Assembly: GCF_009914755.1 (NCBI RefSeq)
Contig: NC_060925.1
Origin: the human T2T-CHM13v2.0 reference genome, Homo sapiens
Direction: 5' to 3' (one strand)
Length of the DNA: 64,000 nt
Shown in pieces: positions 41,494 to 55,949 of the stretch. Under the pieces are notes generated by a model. The model was not told the origin of the DNA. It saw only the letters and a list, made by a program, of their open reading frames with translations, and did no database searches. A program made the position numbers and the translations under genes. Within the stretch, counting starts at the first letter, position 1. Every line of letters starts with the position of its first letter.

Positions 41494-42107
41494 AAGAGTG
41501 ATAACTTAGGTTTTACAAAGGATCACTCTATCTGCTATGTGGAAACATTACAAAAATGGTAAGGGTGGAAGCAAGGAGACAAGTAGATATAATGGTAGCT
41601 TAGACCAGGGTAACAGCAGTAGGGAAGATAAGAAGGGGTCAGTTTCAAGATACACTTTGACGTGGGATTTGTCCACAGACTGGATATAGAGTTTATGAAA
41701 AACAGTCAAGGCTCTGAGTAACTACAGAACTTGTGGAGTCCAACTTAATATTCAGAGGCTATTCAGACAATAGATTGTAAAATCTTCTCAACCATCAAAG
41801 TAGTAGGGAAAGTCCTCTGTAAAATGCTACTGTACCTATTGTATTTTGACCACTTGGGGGAAAAAAGTGTCTGAAAACTTGTAAACTAAAAAACCTCACC
41901 TTTAATTAGTAAAGCGTTTAATTAGTAAACACGCATCTTCTGATTAACTGGTCTCAAACTGAAAATTTATTCATCTCTTATAACCTACTCCCAAATCAAG
42001 TAGATAGAACAACAGTTCTATCTATCCTCTGCACTACCTACCTTTGTTTATCCCTCTACTGTTCCATTTATCAAACTAAAATAATCTAGTCCTTGAAACT
42101 TAGATTT

Positions 42108-42235
42108 AAATTAATATTATATTATATATAACAAATATATATTATAACATATATTTATATATTATAATATATAAATATAATAATATAATATATAGCATAA
42201 TATAATTATATACAATATAATATTAATATTAATAT
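42108..42235. repeat. AT-only low-complexity tract
   Basis: Direct reading. Confidence 0.85.
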
Positions 42236-42360
42236 CCCTCCTTACCCACAATAACTACAGTCCTAGGAAGGTGATAAAGAGGTATCAATTCAATTCTACA
42301 CAAATAAGGATCCAAAATGTCAGTGAATAAGCCAAAAATAAGATGCTTTTTTTACTGTTA

Positions 42361-42650
<290 letters not shown>

Positions 42651-44012
42651 TCAAAAAAAAAAAAAAAAAAAAAAAATTTCATAGTTACTCCCTTGGTTAT
42701 TCCCACTTTTCCACTTCCTCATTTAAGGAGGGAACTTGAGACTCAAGTCCCAGTACAGAAATCAATAATCAGTTCTATAAAAAGAAATCATGACCTTGAT
42801 GGTGGGAAAATGTCTTAACATTTCAAAACCAGTAGAAGATACATGGCCAGCCACTCAGAAAGATAAGGGAAGCAATTAGTCAACAATCGCACCTGCTTCT
42901 GAGAACAGTGACAGTTATTCACTGAAGTCCTGTGGGCCCTGTTCCCACCAAAATGAAAAGGGAGTGGTTTTAGATGTGCATGTACCCCGGTGATTAACGG
43001 TTGTCCTTTTCTAGTAATTTCTACCTCTACAAATAACTATAAGACAAAAATTGCATTAAATATTTTCAGGCCACACTTAAAAATATTTACTTTACAATTT
43101 TGTACTCCATTTTTCCTCTAAAGATTTCCAATTCTCAAAATGAATCTCTTATCTAAAATTGGTATTTTTCCTTTCATAAATAAAATTTAAATGCAGGTTA
43201 ACAGCACTATGGCCAACGCCGACTTTCTCTTTAAAAAGTATTGGAATAGCACTGGTAATAACATTAAAAAATCCTAACAGCACAATCCTTATATTGAGTA
43301 TTAATCTAATTGTTTTCAGTTAATCTTTTAAAAATTACATTAAATAGTTTTACTAAATGGATTCTATTCATCCATACTTTTGTGACAAAAGTATCATGGC
43401 TATCTTTTCTATGGGGTTTATGTTTAAAGACTTCAGTTTATGTGCATTTTAAGACTCCCAAGCCCCTTTATTATAAAGTTTAAGCACATTCTTTTCCTAA
43501 ATAACTTTGGTAACCTTCTTAAGAATAGGAACTATCTCCAATTCAGTTGCTTCCCCAGAAAGTTAAATCCTAACATTTGTTTTATTTCCTCCTCCCATCC
43601 TTCCTTCTTTAATCTCAAAAGGCTAATTTTTCCAGAGAACAATTTAAGTCTTAATCATTTTAATTTAGTTTCCAACATCACTGTATGTACATTAACCCAA
43701 GAACCATTGAATCAATAATTTCATTAATAAATAATTTAAGATTCTGAACTTCAATTGTAATAAAGCAAATTCAGTAGTAAAAATCCAAAAGAACACCTGG
43801 AGTCAGCCTGTCAACACCACATTGAAATGTTTTCTGAGCTATATCAGGACAGTTAAAATGGCTGTAACAGCTGCAAGTTCCCTGAGGTTGCAAAATAGAT
43901 ACTTGGGAAAGGTTATTTGAATCACCTTTCAAAATAACCTACAGCACAGGAGTAGCATGCAAAGCAAAAACTTTCCGGCTACTGTTCACATTACCTAAAA
44001 TATACCATCTCG

Positions 44013-44310
44013 GGCCGGGCGTGGTGGCTCACGCCTGTAATCCCAGCACTTTGGGAGGCCAAGGCGGGCGGATCACGAGGTCAGCAGATCGAGACCATCC
44101 TGGCTAACACGGTGAAACCCCGTCTCTACTAAAAATACAAAAAATTAGCCGGGCGAGGTGGCGGGCGCCTGTAGTTCCAGCTACTAGGGAGGCTGAGGCA
44201 GGAGAATGGCGTGAACCCCGGGGGGGCGGAACCTGCAGTGAGCCGAGATTGTGCCACTGCACTCCAACCTGGGCGACAGTGAGACTCCATCTCAAAAAAA
44301 AAATAAAAAA
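44013..44310 (+). mobile_element. AluY (Ye-like variant)
   Basis: AluY diagnostics plus gggcgaggtgg and gaaccccggggggggcggaacctg. Confidence 0.8.
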
Positions 44311-47300
44311 TACCATATCTCAGAACTTAGTAGTTTATGGGTCAACTTAACTCTTTTCATTTCCCCATTTTGTCAAATGTATTGAGCGTATTTAAAGGTC
44401 CTGTTCCAGTATTAATCCCCAAAGAGAGTGAGGGAAACTCTCTATGGACAAGACACAGAATAAAAACATCCCAAAATACATCTTGTCAACATAAATTATT
44501 TTGTTTGAGCCCCAGAAATGTTTCTGCTGTTCAGGCACTCTGATCCAAGTTTCCCCTATAACTGGGTAAGTTACACTTCACTTCCTCTCCTAAACTTGCT
44601 TTTTATAAATTACATTATAGTTCACAGACATATGTTTGTGTACTGAGTACAATACAAGATAAACAGTCAAGAATCCAAATCATTCTATTTGAAGCTGCTG
44701 GTGGCCTTTTAAAATGTACTGTCTATCCACTAATTGTCCAATAATGGCATCCTTTCACAAAACACAGTAACATTACGATCTTTAAAAACCACACAGTGAA
44801 AGTAAATATTTCATACTACATATTAACGTGAAATAAAAATGGTGAAATAACTCTATAATGCCATGTCAAGAAGTTATTCTTTACTCACTAGCTCAGCTCA
44901 ACATGGATTCACCTTCCTTTTCTTCCCAATTAAAGAATGCAAAATTCAATCTTTCTCGTCCTCTTCCTCCAAATGTTTACTGAGATAAGGGACAATATGT
45001 CACCTCCCAATTATACCAAAATGCAGCACAGCCAATCTTCAAACAAGCATTTGCAGAGACGTGTGCACATCATACAAACACTATCCAGGATCAAGCTCCT
45101 AGAAGAATCAACGTGGGTGAAAAATGCTTGATTGGTATTAAGTTTTCATATTACCACCACAAATTTTAAAGATACAAAGTAAGCGTGAGAAGAATGGAGT
45201 AGGATTAAGACTTCTGAAGAAAGGTAAAACTTTTATAATAGAAAACTGGTAGAAACAGTGAAGGAACCATGGTAGTGTGACTTGAGAAAGGTGCTTAGTC
45301 TTTGGTTAGATAACTCTGGAGAAGCCTTGACCGGGCTGAGAATTTCAGACCAATTCAAATGCAATAAAAGCTCTTAGGAATTTCAAAGCAGAGTAGTGGT
45401 AAGAGAGCAACTCTTTGCTCACTGAGAAAAAGAGCAAATATTGCCATATTTATGGGCCTCCCCTGATCTACTGAGCAAGCAGCTCCGTAATTACCAAAAA
45501 GCTTAACAAAAATTTTCTTTCAACTTACTAAATCATAGTCAACAGATAACGAGTTTAACTAAATTCTACCTGTTGATGACCTCCAAATGAAGATCCAATC
45601 TAAGAAAACAATTGAGAATATAGCCTGTGACTTATATTTAAAGTACTTTTCACCCAGAAAGACCCAATTTGCATAATTTAAACTAATCACCAAAGGAAAC
45701 TTGTTTGTAACCACACATGTGGAATGAAAATAATGTCACTAGAATCTATTGTTTCTCCATCATATCCTTCTCTATTTGCTGACAAATCCTGCTGGTGACT
45801 CATATCCTTCTGCACTAACCAGTCACTCCATCCCCTAATGAAAGGCTTTTCACCAATAATGGAAAATACAATACACAACAATTTGTTCTGCTACTAAAAA
45901 CAACAAATATCAACATTTGTATATAAATCCAATTTACAAATACTGTGGTGATACAACCTAGTGAATGTTTCCTGTAAAACGGTGGGGAAAATAAAAAGTT
46001 GGTCAAATTTAAACAAAAACTAAAGGACAACTGGAAGAAAACAGACCTGATTGTGAATTTGAATTCCTGTCAAACAATACATTAGTTAACAGCCAACATA
46101 TCTGGCCACTGCAGAAATAAAAATATAAAGTAATTTATCTGATCTGCTAAAACAAATATATCATGTGTACATTTTATGCCAAAAGAATTAATGTCTTGAG
46201 AAGACTAAAAGTTCAAATAAAAAATACTATGAGAGGAATTAAATGCACCACTTCTCTAAAGGTAAAGACTGTTCTAAATGTTCAAAATATTTTTTCAAAC
46301 CAGGCTCAACTAGCAAAGAAAGGGTCACAAAAAAGCCTAATCTTAAAATTCTCAAGAATTTAAAAAGCCAACATTGTGTAAGGTAAATTTATATTCAAAT
46401 GATGAAATTTAGTTTAGGCCACTTAAAATGAAGTGGATGCTGTGTTAACATAACCTGTGGGCAAGAAAATCAGTATAGGCAAACAAAAACCGTCTACATT
46501 CAAGTCACATAAAAAATATCTGTATAATCTGTCAACTCCTCACAGTCATTTTTCTGGGAAAGATTTCTGTGTCCTGTAAATCTACACTGACTGAACAAAC
46601 AGTGCAGGAAACGAGTCATTCTCTCACCTAAGTCCTGGTAACTCCACAATGGGGAACTGTGGAAAGCAGACAGCTAGTATTGCTGTGCAGCTTCTTTCAT
46701 GGAGGTGCTAGGGTAGTGACAGTTTCTGGTTGAGCCTAGACCTCTACCACTCCAAAGAGCAAAAAGATTTTCACACAATATGCACTTCAGCTCTACACTA
46801 AGCAACCTAAAAGGCTTCAAGTGCCAAGACAGTGGCCAGGGAGTCAAGGGAGCCCATAGAATGAGGTTCAGCCAATAAAACAAAGGATAATGAGAGAAAG
46901 CTAACTGACACCTCTATACGTAGTTAATAGTTCAAAAGATGAAAATGGTGAAAAGATTTTTTCTTTTTTTTTTTTGAGACAGGGTCTCCCTCTGTCTCCC
47001 AGGCTAGACTGCAGTGGCATAGTCTCGGCTCACTTCAGCCTTGACCTCCCAGGCTCCAGTGATCCTTCCACTTCAGCCTCCTGAGTAGCTGGAACTACAG
47101 GTTCATACCACTATGCCTGGCTAGTTTTTGTATTTTTTGTAGAGATGTTGTCTCTATGTTGCCCAGGCTGGTCTCGAACTCCTGGCCTCAAGTGATCCTC
47201 CCGTGTCTGCCTCCCAGAATGAGCCACTGTGCCTAGCCAAGACTTTTCTAATATTTCACAGATTAAGAGACTCAAATCACCATCTCCCAAAGTAATTATA

Positions 47301-48107
47301 ACTGGTGGTATCCACTGTTCAACAGAGATTTAAGTACTTTAAGCCCCTAAAAGGAAAAAAAAAATTATTCACTGCTATCTATTTATTGATAATCTTTAAC
47401 TTAGATTCTAAAACCTGGGATTTAATAATCAAATCCCAGTACTTTGGGAGGCTGAGGCCAGCAACTCAACGCCTGAGCTCAGGGGTTCGGGACCAGCCTG
47501 GGCAACATAGCGAAACCCTGTCTCTACTAAAAATACAAAAATTAGCTGGGCGTGGTGGCGCACGCCTATAATACCAGCTGAGGCAGGACAATCGCTTAAA
47601 CCTAGGAGGTGGAGGCTGCAGTGAGCTGAGGTTGCACCACTGCACTCCAGCCTGGGCAACAGAGTAAGACTCTGTCTGGAAGAAAACAAAATAAAACAAA
47701 ACCCAACAACAATCAATCTATAAATAAATTTCCTTATCTGTAAAGCTAAAAGAATACTACTTACAGGATTATTGAGTTTCAAATGAGACAATACATGATT
47801 TGGCGTAAGAAAGGAATGTGGAAACCTAAACCCTGAAAGGGTAATATTGAACTTTACCAGTACCCCAAGATCTCTACCATCACCCTATTCGATAAACATA
47901 ACTAAGTCCACCATGTTAAAACTATGGATCCTGGGCCGCGCGGTGGCTCATGCCTGTAATCCCTGCACTTTGGGAGGCCGAGGCAGGTAGATCACCTGAA
48001 GTCAGGAGTTCAAGACCAGCCTGGCCAACATTATGAAACCTCATCTCCACTAAAAACACAAAAAATTAGCTGGGCGTGGTGGCGTGTGCCGGTAATCCAG
48101 CTACTCA

Positions 48108-48212
<105 letters not shown>

Positions 48213-49928
48213 TTAAAAAAAACCAAAACAAACAAAAAAGACTATGGATCCTGATTCTTAAGCAAAATTTTAAAGATCCCATCTTCTATTCAACAAATAT
48301 AGTTGATGGAATAGCACCCAAATAAATCAACCAAACTTAGTTTCACAAAAACTTAAGCTTCATTCTTCCAAGACCAAGAGCAACAGCTAAAAATGTATGC
48401 ACCTGCTCCTCTCCATCTTATTTGTAAATACATTCGTTTTCTAGGCTTCAGTGGTTACCAACCCCCACATTACAACAAAAAGGAAAAAGTATAGTCAAAT
48501 CCTGTAAAATAAATCCCTACTAAATTTCAACTTTGTGTCTGAAAATTGTAAAGTGTTCCTTAATTACTGCATAAGGAAATACTACCTTTATAGGACAAAA
48601 TGAATAAAAAGTTAATTCTAAAGAAAAATAAATCCAATTTACCTTGTTTGAAACTTTTTTCAAGTCAACTATATATGGGGCTCTCATACTGTTTTTTAAA
48701 GCTATACACAAAAGTATTCAAACATTTACTCTTCCTAGTGCTACAAAGTTCAATGATGTTGTAAATGGTTTCTGCCTATAAATTTGGTTCGTTCAAATTA
48801 AATTTTACTTGACTGACTCACAGAGGGAGTGGCCTGACTTTTGCTGTTCTGAGTCAGAAAATACCCCGTTCAGCAGTTCAAAACTATTTTTCATCTATAA
48901 AGGTGTTCTAAAATGCCAGCCTTTTCCAGCTACAAAATCTGTTGCCTTAGTAGAAAGATCTTAGTGGTAATAATACTTTGAATCTGTAGTTCAATTTATA
49001 ATTAACAAAGTGCTTTCACGTGTATTTTCTCACTTCTGATTTAAGTGTCCCACACAGCTCAACAGAGAAACTTTGATACAGTGGTAAGTTCTAGTTCACT
49101 CTTGGCCCCAATAAATATACTCTCCTCTTTTTCCAAAAAATAAAAAACATAAGACGCTGCTGCATTTCTTTAATCAGACTTCCCTCACGCAGACATATCC
49201 CAGGTGCCTCATAAAAACTGTCTCAAAGCACACACCCCGGGGCCCCAAGAGAGTTTCAAGGCATAATCTCCTCCCACATAAAAGCCTAGCTTAGGCCCCA
49301 AAGAGCCTCCAGTCAGCATCTCCTAAATGATCCCCTTGCCTCCAGCCTTCTCCATTAGTTTCAACAGCTCTCCTAAGTACTAGCTGCTAGGCCATCACGT
49401 TGATGAGAAACCTCAATATAAGAGGAGCTACTGAGAGAGTAGTATGACGTATTGGAAAAATCAAGGGCTTTAGAGTCAAAGACCTGGATTTTTAATCCAG
49501 CACTAATTATTATCTGTATGACCTGGGACAAGTTACTTAACCTTTTGAGTTTCTGTATCTCTTCTTCTCACCACTGTAAATCCATGGGAGCTCATCGCTG
49601 TATCCCTAGTGCCTGGCAAATAGAAGTGATTCAAAATAAGCTAAATGGATGCAAATGAAGATACCACCTTTCTTGTAGTTGTGAGAATTAAATGAATATA
49701 AAAAGCACCTGTAGCACAGGAGGAAATTAATACTAATCAATTCCTTCCCTCACTGAATAGTAACAATACTATTTACTATTTCTTTCTTCTTATTTTTTTT
49801 GAGAGAGGGTCTCACTGGCTCACTGCAGCCTTGACTTCCTGGACTCACAAGATCCTCTCACCTCAGCCTCCGGGATAGCTGGAACTACAGGCACGCACTA
49901 CCACGCCTAACTTTTGTATTTTCTGTAG

Positions 49929-50063
<135 letters not shown>

Positions 50064-50423
50064 TAATTACACATCAGTGATTTTGCCTGTAATTCTATTA
50101 TGTTCACTATCAAAAGGACCACCCTCACGCCTGTTAATCCCAGCACTTTGGGAGGCCAAGGCAGGTGGATCACTGGAGGTCAGGAGTTCGAGACCAGCCT
50201 GGCCAACAAGGTGAAACCCCATCTCTACTAAAAATATGAAAATTAGCCGGGTGTGGTGGCACACACTTGTATTCTCAGCTACTTGGGAGGCTGAGGCGGG
50301 AAGATCATTTGAACCCGGGAAGCCTGGGCAACAAACAGAGCGAGACTCCATCTCAAAAACAAACAAAAAAAAAACAAAAGGACCATACTACTCTTTGCTT
50401 ATACTGAAAGACTACCAACTTCT

Positions 50424-50456
50424 ATCGCTTCTCGGCCTTTTGGCTAAGATCAAGTG
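50424..50456 (+). pseudogene. 3'-truncated U2 snRNA retrocopy (nt 1-33)
   Basis: ATCGCTTCTCGGCCTTTTGGCTAAGATCAAGTG is the U2 5' end; flanked by direct repeat aaagactaccaacttct (50407-50423, 50457-50473). Confidence 0.92.
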
Positions 50457-51939
50457 AAAGACTACCAACTTCTAGGAGACATTATTTTTAAGATAACATC
50501 ATTTTTAAGATTATATCAATGTGTAAAATCCCTATCAAGGTACTACTCTTCAAGAATCCCTACTTTTACAACACAAGAATGGGAAAAGTCCATGATAATA
50601 ATTAGTCCATTCATTATGAAACTTAAAAATGCCAAGATCAGAATACCAGCAAACAACTTCTCACCATCTTCACCAATACAATGGTGTGCTGGCAAGTGAT
50701 TCTGAAGCCCTGATAATGTGTCATTCTGTATCCTTAATCTCCTTTTGCACACTCAGCAAGGCATAACTTCACTCACTTCCCTCTGAAACTACTCTCTCTT
50801 ACAGAGCATGACAGCAAGTACCATATTCCAACTCAGCAGTGTAATGTAGTTTGGCGACTCCGGACAGACAAACATTTGCTGAATGCCTACAGTGACACTA
50901 GAATTGCTAGTCACTGCTAATTTCTTGACAAATTCCAGGAAATAATAAACCAGACTACAGTTCAATTTACCTAACAATAAAATACTCTTCACCTGAAAAA
51001 CTAGCAGTACTTTACAAAAGTTTATGCTCCTGAACACTCTACAGGCCAGAGTGTAGGATTTTGGGCAACAGACAAACTTCTTTTCGTTAGCTCTCAGGGG
51101 CCCCAGACTAGGATAGGATGGCATCATTGACAAATTTGAAAATTTACTTTGAAGTCATGAAACGTGGGAGAAAAAAATGTATAGAACAACAACAAAAAAA
51201 CACATCACATCCTTTCTGGGGGAAAAAAATTAAAATCCCAGAGCCAGAAGATCATAGTGCCGCTGGAGGAGACTTATACCCCCTTTCCTCATACTTGAAC
51301 CTGAAGACCCACGGACAAGATGCTCCCGGAAAGAACTCCCCAACCCAACACACCAGGGTTCACTATCGCCACACACAAAGACCAAGGGGAAGGGCCTCTA
51401 GGATGCCTGCTCACACACTGGACACACGCCGGCACACCCTACCACACTCCTGCCTCTGCCACGCACCTTCTCACCGACACACACCATGTTCTCCCCCCAC
51501 ACTCACCCGCTCTTTACCACACTCTCAACTCTCTCCTCCCCCATTTACTCACTCATTCTACCACCACCCCTCATGCCCACACGCTCCCCACACACCCATA
51601 CCCTCCCCTGCCCTCACCCACATTCCCCCAACATCGACACTGCCTCCCGACGCGCTCCCACTCCCCCCACCTCCTCGCACGGACACTCAGCCCTGTCCCC
51701 CACTCACACGCCCTCCCTTCACCAACTCACTCTCCCCCACGCTCGCACAGCTCTCTCCCTTCCACACACACGAGCCCGCCCCTCGCTCACCCACCCTCGC
51801 TCCCCCGCCCCGGCCCGGCCCGGCCCTCCTTCCGGGGACGTGTCTCCGGCCTGCACTAATGGCTGCGGCGCCTCCCGCCCTCCCCTTCCCCGAGGCCCCC
51901 GGCGCCGGCGCGGGGGCCGCCCGGGAGGGGCGCACTCAC

Positions 51940-51963
51940 GCTGGCGAGCTGGGGACTGGGCAT
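51940..51963 (-). CDS. uORF part 1 (MPSPQLAS), spliced in frame to exon 2
   Basis: ATG at 51963, exactly 8 codons before the exon 1 donor; upstream in-frame TGA at 52011-52009. Confidence 0.6.
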
Positions 51964-52014
51964 TGAAGTCCGGCGGTGGCGGGAGCGAGGAGGCGCCTCT
52001 CTCCTCAGTCACCT

Positions 52015-52115
52015 CGGCGGCGGCGGCGGCGGCGGTAGCGGTGGCGGCGGCGGCGACGACTCCCCCCCAGCCTCGGCGCGCGACACCCGGCCCGGCCCGG
52101 CGGCGGCGGCGGCGG
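52015..52115. repeat. CGG/CCG tracts in exon 1: (CGG)7 TAG CGG TGG (CGG)3 and (CGG)6
   Basis: Direct reading, 52015-52053 and 52098-52115. Confidence 0.9.
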
Positions 52116-53045
52116 CGCGTCTCCACGAGTCCGTCTTGCTGCTGCTGCTGCGGCCGCCGCTGCGTCTCCTGCTGCCGCCGCTGCCTCCGCTGCCGCCGCT
52201 GCCCTGTGGCGTCACCTCGCGCCGTGCCCGGCCGCCGCTGCCGCTCCAGCCGCTCCCGGACAGACGACGGTTACAGCCCGGCCGATCGCGCCGCCACCAC
52301 CACCGCTGCGCGCGCAGCCGGAACCAGCTCCCGCCGCCGCCCCTCAGGGGGCGCTGCGGGGCGCGGCGCGCAGGGCCACCGGCCCGCCCTCCGCGTTCGC
52401 TGACTGGCTGGCTGGCCGGCTCGCGGGCAGTTGGGCCCGCCCACCTGCCCCGCGGGGCGCTGACCCACTGCCCTGGGCGCCTCCCCCGCTCCTCCTCCTC
52501 GTGGTTCGTTCCGCTCCGCACTCCCGGCTACGGAAGGCGAGTCCATGTGATCGGGGAGGGAAGGCAGAACGTGGCCTGGGGAGTCGCTCGCCCACGCTGC
52601 GCCCCGCCCATCCGCACCTGGGCTGGGTCGAGGGCCTGCAGCCGAGGTGTGACCTGCAAGGTCGAAGGGTTCTTTCTCGCTACTTGGCCCTAAGGCCTCG
52701 GGTCAGATCCTGATGGGACGGGGTGGCCGCCACGTCCTGGGCTTGGGGATTTCCAACTCAGAAGTGGGAACCTGGCCAGCTCAGTTCTCGGCTGCCCTTC
52801 CTGAGGCCCCAAATGAATGGCGTGTGCATCTTCGTCGAAGATATTAATACGCCACCCCCAGCTCTGCCCACAAGACACACACCCACCCTAAGAACTGTCC
52901 CTGACAAGCCAAAATTCAGACTTTCAGGATGTAGGATCTTGGGCAAGTGATTCCAAGTATTATCAACTATTAAATGGAAATAATAATCAGCTACCTCATG
53001 GGCTCTTTCACGTATCGATAACAACGTATGAAAACGCTTGAGAAG

Positions 53046-53570
<525 letters not shown>

Positions 53571-53713
53571 CTAGTTTGGGCCACGACCAGATGGCAAAGT
53601 GCGGCATTGGAGGCTGGCTTGGGAGGGAGATGTCTCCCCCTGGGAATTGCGGGTTGGGGAGGGTCTGTTCTTTCTGTCCACCCCTGGGAAGTCTTGCCTG
53701 CCCAGAACTGGCG

Positions 53714-53723
53714 CCTATATAGG
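53714..53723. promoter_or_regulatory. Perfect CArG box CCTATATAGG
   Basis: Matches CC(A/T)6GG; motif only. Confidence 0.35.
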
Positions 53724-54426
53724 AAGAAATGAAGATGCTCCCGTGGGTGCTTCTCCCCCACCTCGCCACCACATCCATGCTCATCCAGCCCTGCGGGGAG
53801 AAGCAGTGATCTGTCGTCATTAGACCTTCCCCACAAGGTAGACTTGGGGCATTGCTTCTGACCAGAAGGCTTCCATTAGCGCTTAGCAGTAAAAAGAAAG
53901 GTCTTATGACTCAGCCGCATCAAGCCACAGCACAGAGTCCAGGATGTTCACCACCAGGTGGCCCAGGAGGGGGTATTCTAGGGCAAGGCTGGCTAGCAGG
54001 GCTGTGTGGGAGTTGAGAGAGGCCTTGAGGAGCAGGAGGGGCTGCAGATCAGTAGCAAGGCCCTTAGGTGAGGAGCACAGACTGGGCTCACTTGCATTCT
54101 GTCTGCCTCCAGCAAGCAGTATTTTCTACTTCCTGGAAACATAGACTGATTTGAAAGAAAGAGCTACCACCTCTGCAAAACTTTTGCTGCGTCTGTGAGT
54201 TATTGATTCTTCCGATAAAGTTGCAAAACACCTTGTGCAATACTCTACCATAGTACTTAACATGGAATTGTAATTGCCTGTTTTCAGATTCTCCCCTGCT
54301 TAAATGGATCTATTTGGGGCAGTCTAGCAGATTGTTTGCTTGTTTGTTTTCATCTAGTAGATTGTCTGACCAAGTGAATGACCCTTCCCTCCACCTAGCT
54401 CTCCTTCTGGCCCTGAAATAAAATAA

Positions 54427-54675
<249 letters not shown>

Positions 54676-55166
54676 TAGTAGAGGTGGGGTTTCACTGTGT
54701 TAGCCAGGATGGTCTCGATCTCCTGACCTCATGATCTGCCCGCCTCGGCCTCCAGAAGTGCTGGGATTACAGGCGTGAGCCACCGCGCCTGGCCTTTTTT
54801 TTTTTTTTTTAAGACAGGGTCTCACTTTGTCACCCCAGAGGGAATGCAGTAGTGCAAACATGGCTCACTGCAGCCTCAACCTCCTAGGCTCAAGCAATCC
54901 TCCCACCTCAGCCTCCCAAGTAGGTGGGTGGGACCATGGGCCCATGCCACCATGCCCAGCTAATTATTTTTTTATTTTTGTAGAGATGGAGGTCTTGCCA
55001 TGTTGCCTAGACTGGTCTTGAACTCCTGGGCTCAAGCAACCTTCACACTTTGGCCTCCCAAAGTGTTGGGATTATAGGCATGAACCACTGCACCCAGCCA
55101 TAGTTACCTTTTATTAAGCATCTACTCTTTTTCAAGTCCTGATTGAAACGTTTTAAAATGTTATCA

Positions 55167-55340
<174 letters not shown>

Positions 55341-55697
55341 TCAGGAGGCTAAGGCAGGAGAATCACTTGAACCCAGAAGGCGGAGGTTGCAGTAAGCCAA
55401 GATCGCGCCACTTCACTCTAGCCTAGGCAACAAGAGCAAAACTCCATCTCAAAATAAATAAATAATAAAATAAAATCTATTATCAAGTTTATGATTCAAA
55501 ATGACCCTATTAAGAAGGTACTATTACCCCCATTAAAAAAGGGAAGTATTATCAACTATTAAATGGAAATAATAATCAGCTACCTCATGGGCTCTTTCAC
55601 GTATCGATAATAACGTATGAAAACACTTGAGAAAGGCCAGGCGCGGTGGCTCACGCCTGTAATCCCCACACTTTGGGAGGCCAAGGCAGGCAGATCA

Positions 55698-55949
<252 letters not shown>

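Larger units (their letters stand above)
51940..52330 (-). other. PTP4A2: Non-coding exon 1 (5' end approximate)
   Basis: Within CpG island; donor CAGC|gtgagt at 51940/51939. Confidence 0.8.
51630..52730. promoter_or_regulatory. CpG-island promoter of PTP4A2, TATA-less with GC boxes
   Basis: Very high GC and CpG density; CCGCCC boxes at ~52385, ~52437 and ~52604. Confidence 0.9.

Noticed and set aside
51940-52126. GTG-initiated Arg/Ala-rich frame that could splice into exon 2 (ending ...GSAQHFR*)
   Set aside because: Near-cognate start with C at -3 and repeat-derived composition; unsupported without Ribo-seq.
51118-52693. Long ORFs of 135-305 aa on both strands over the promoter
   Set aside because: Stop-poor GC-rich, skewed, triplet-repeat DNA; low-complexity products overlapping in several frames.
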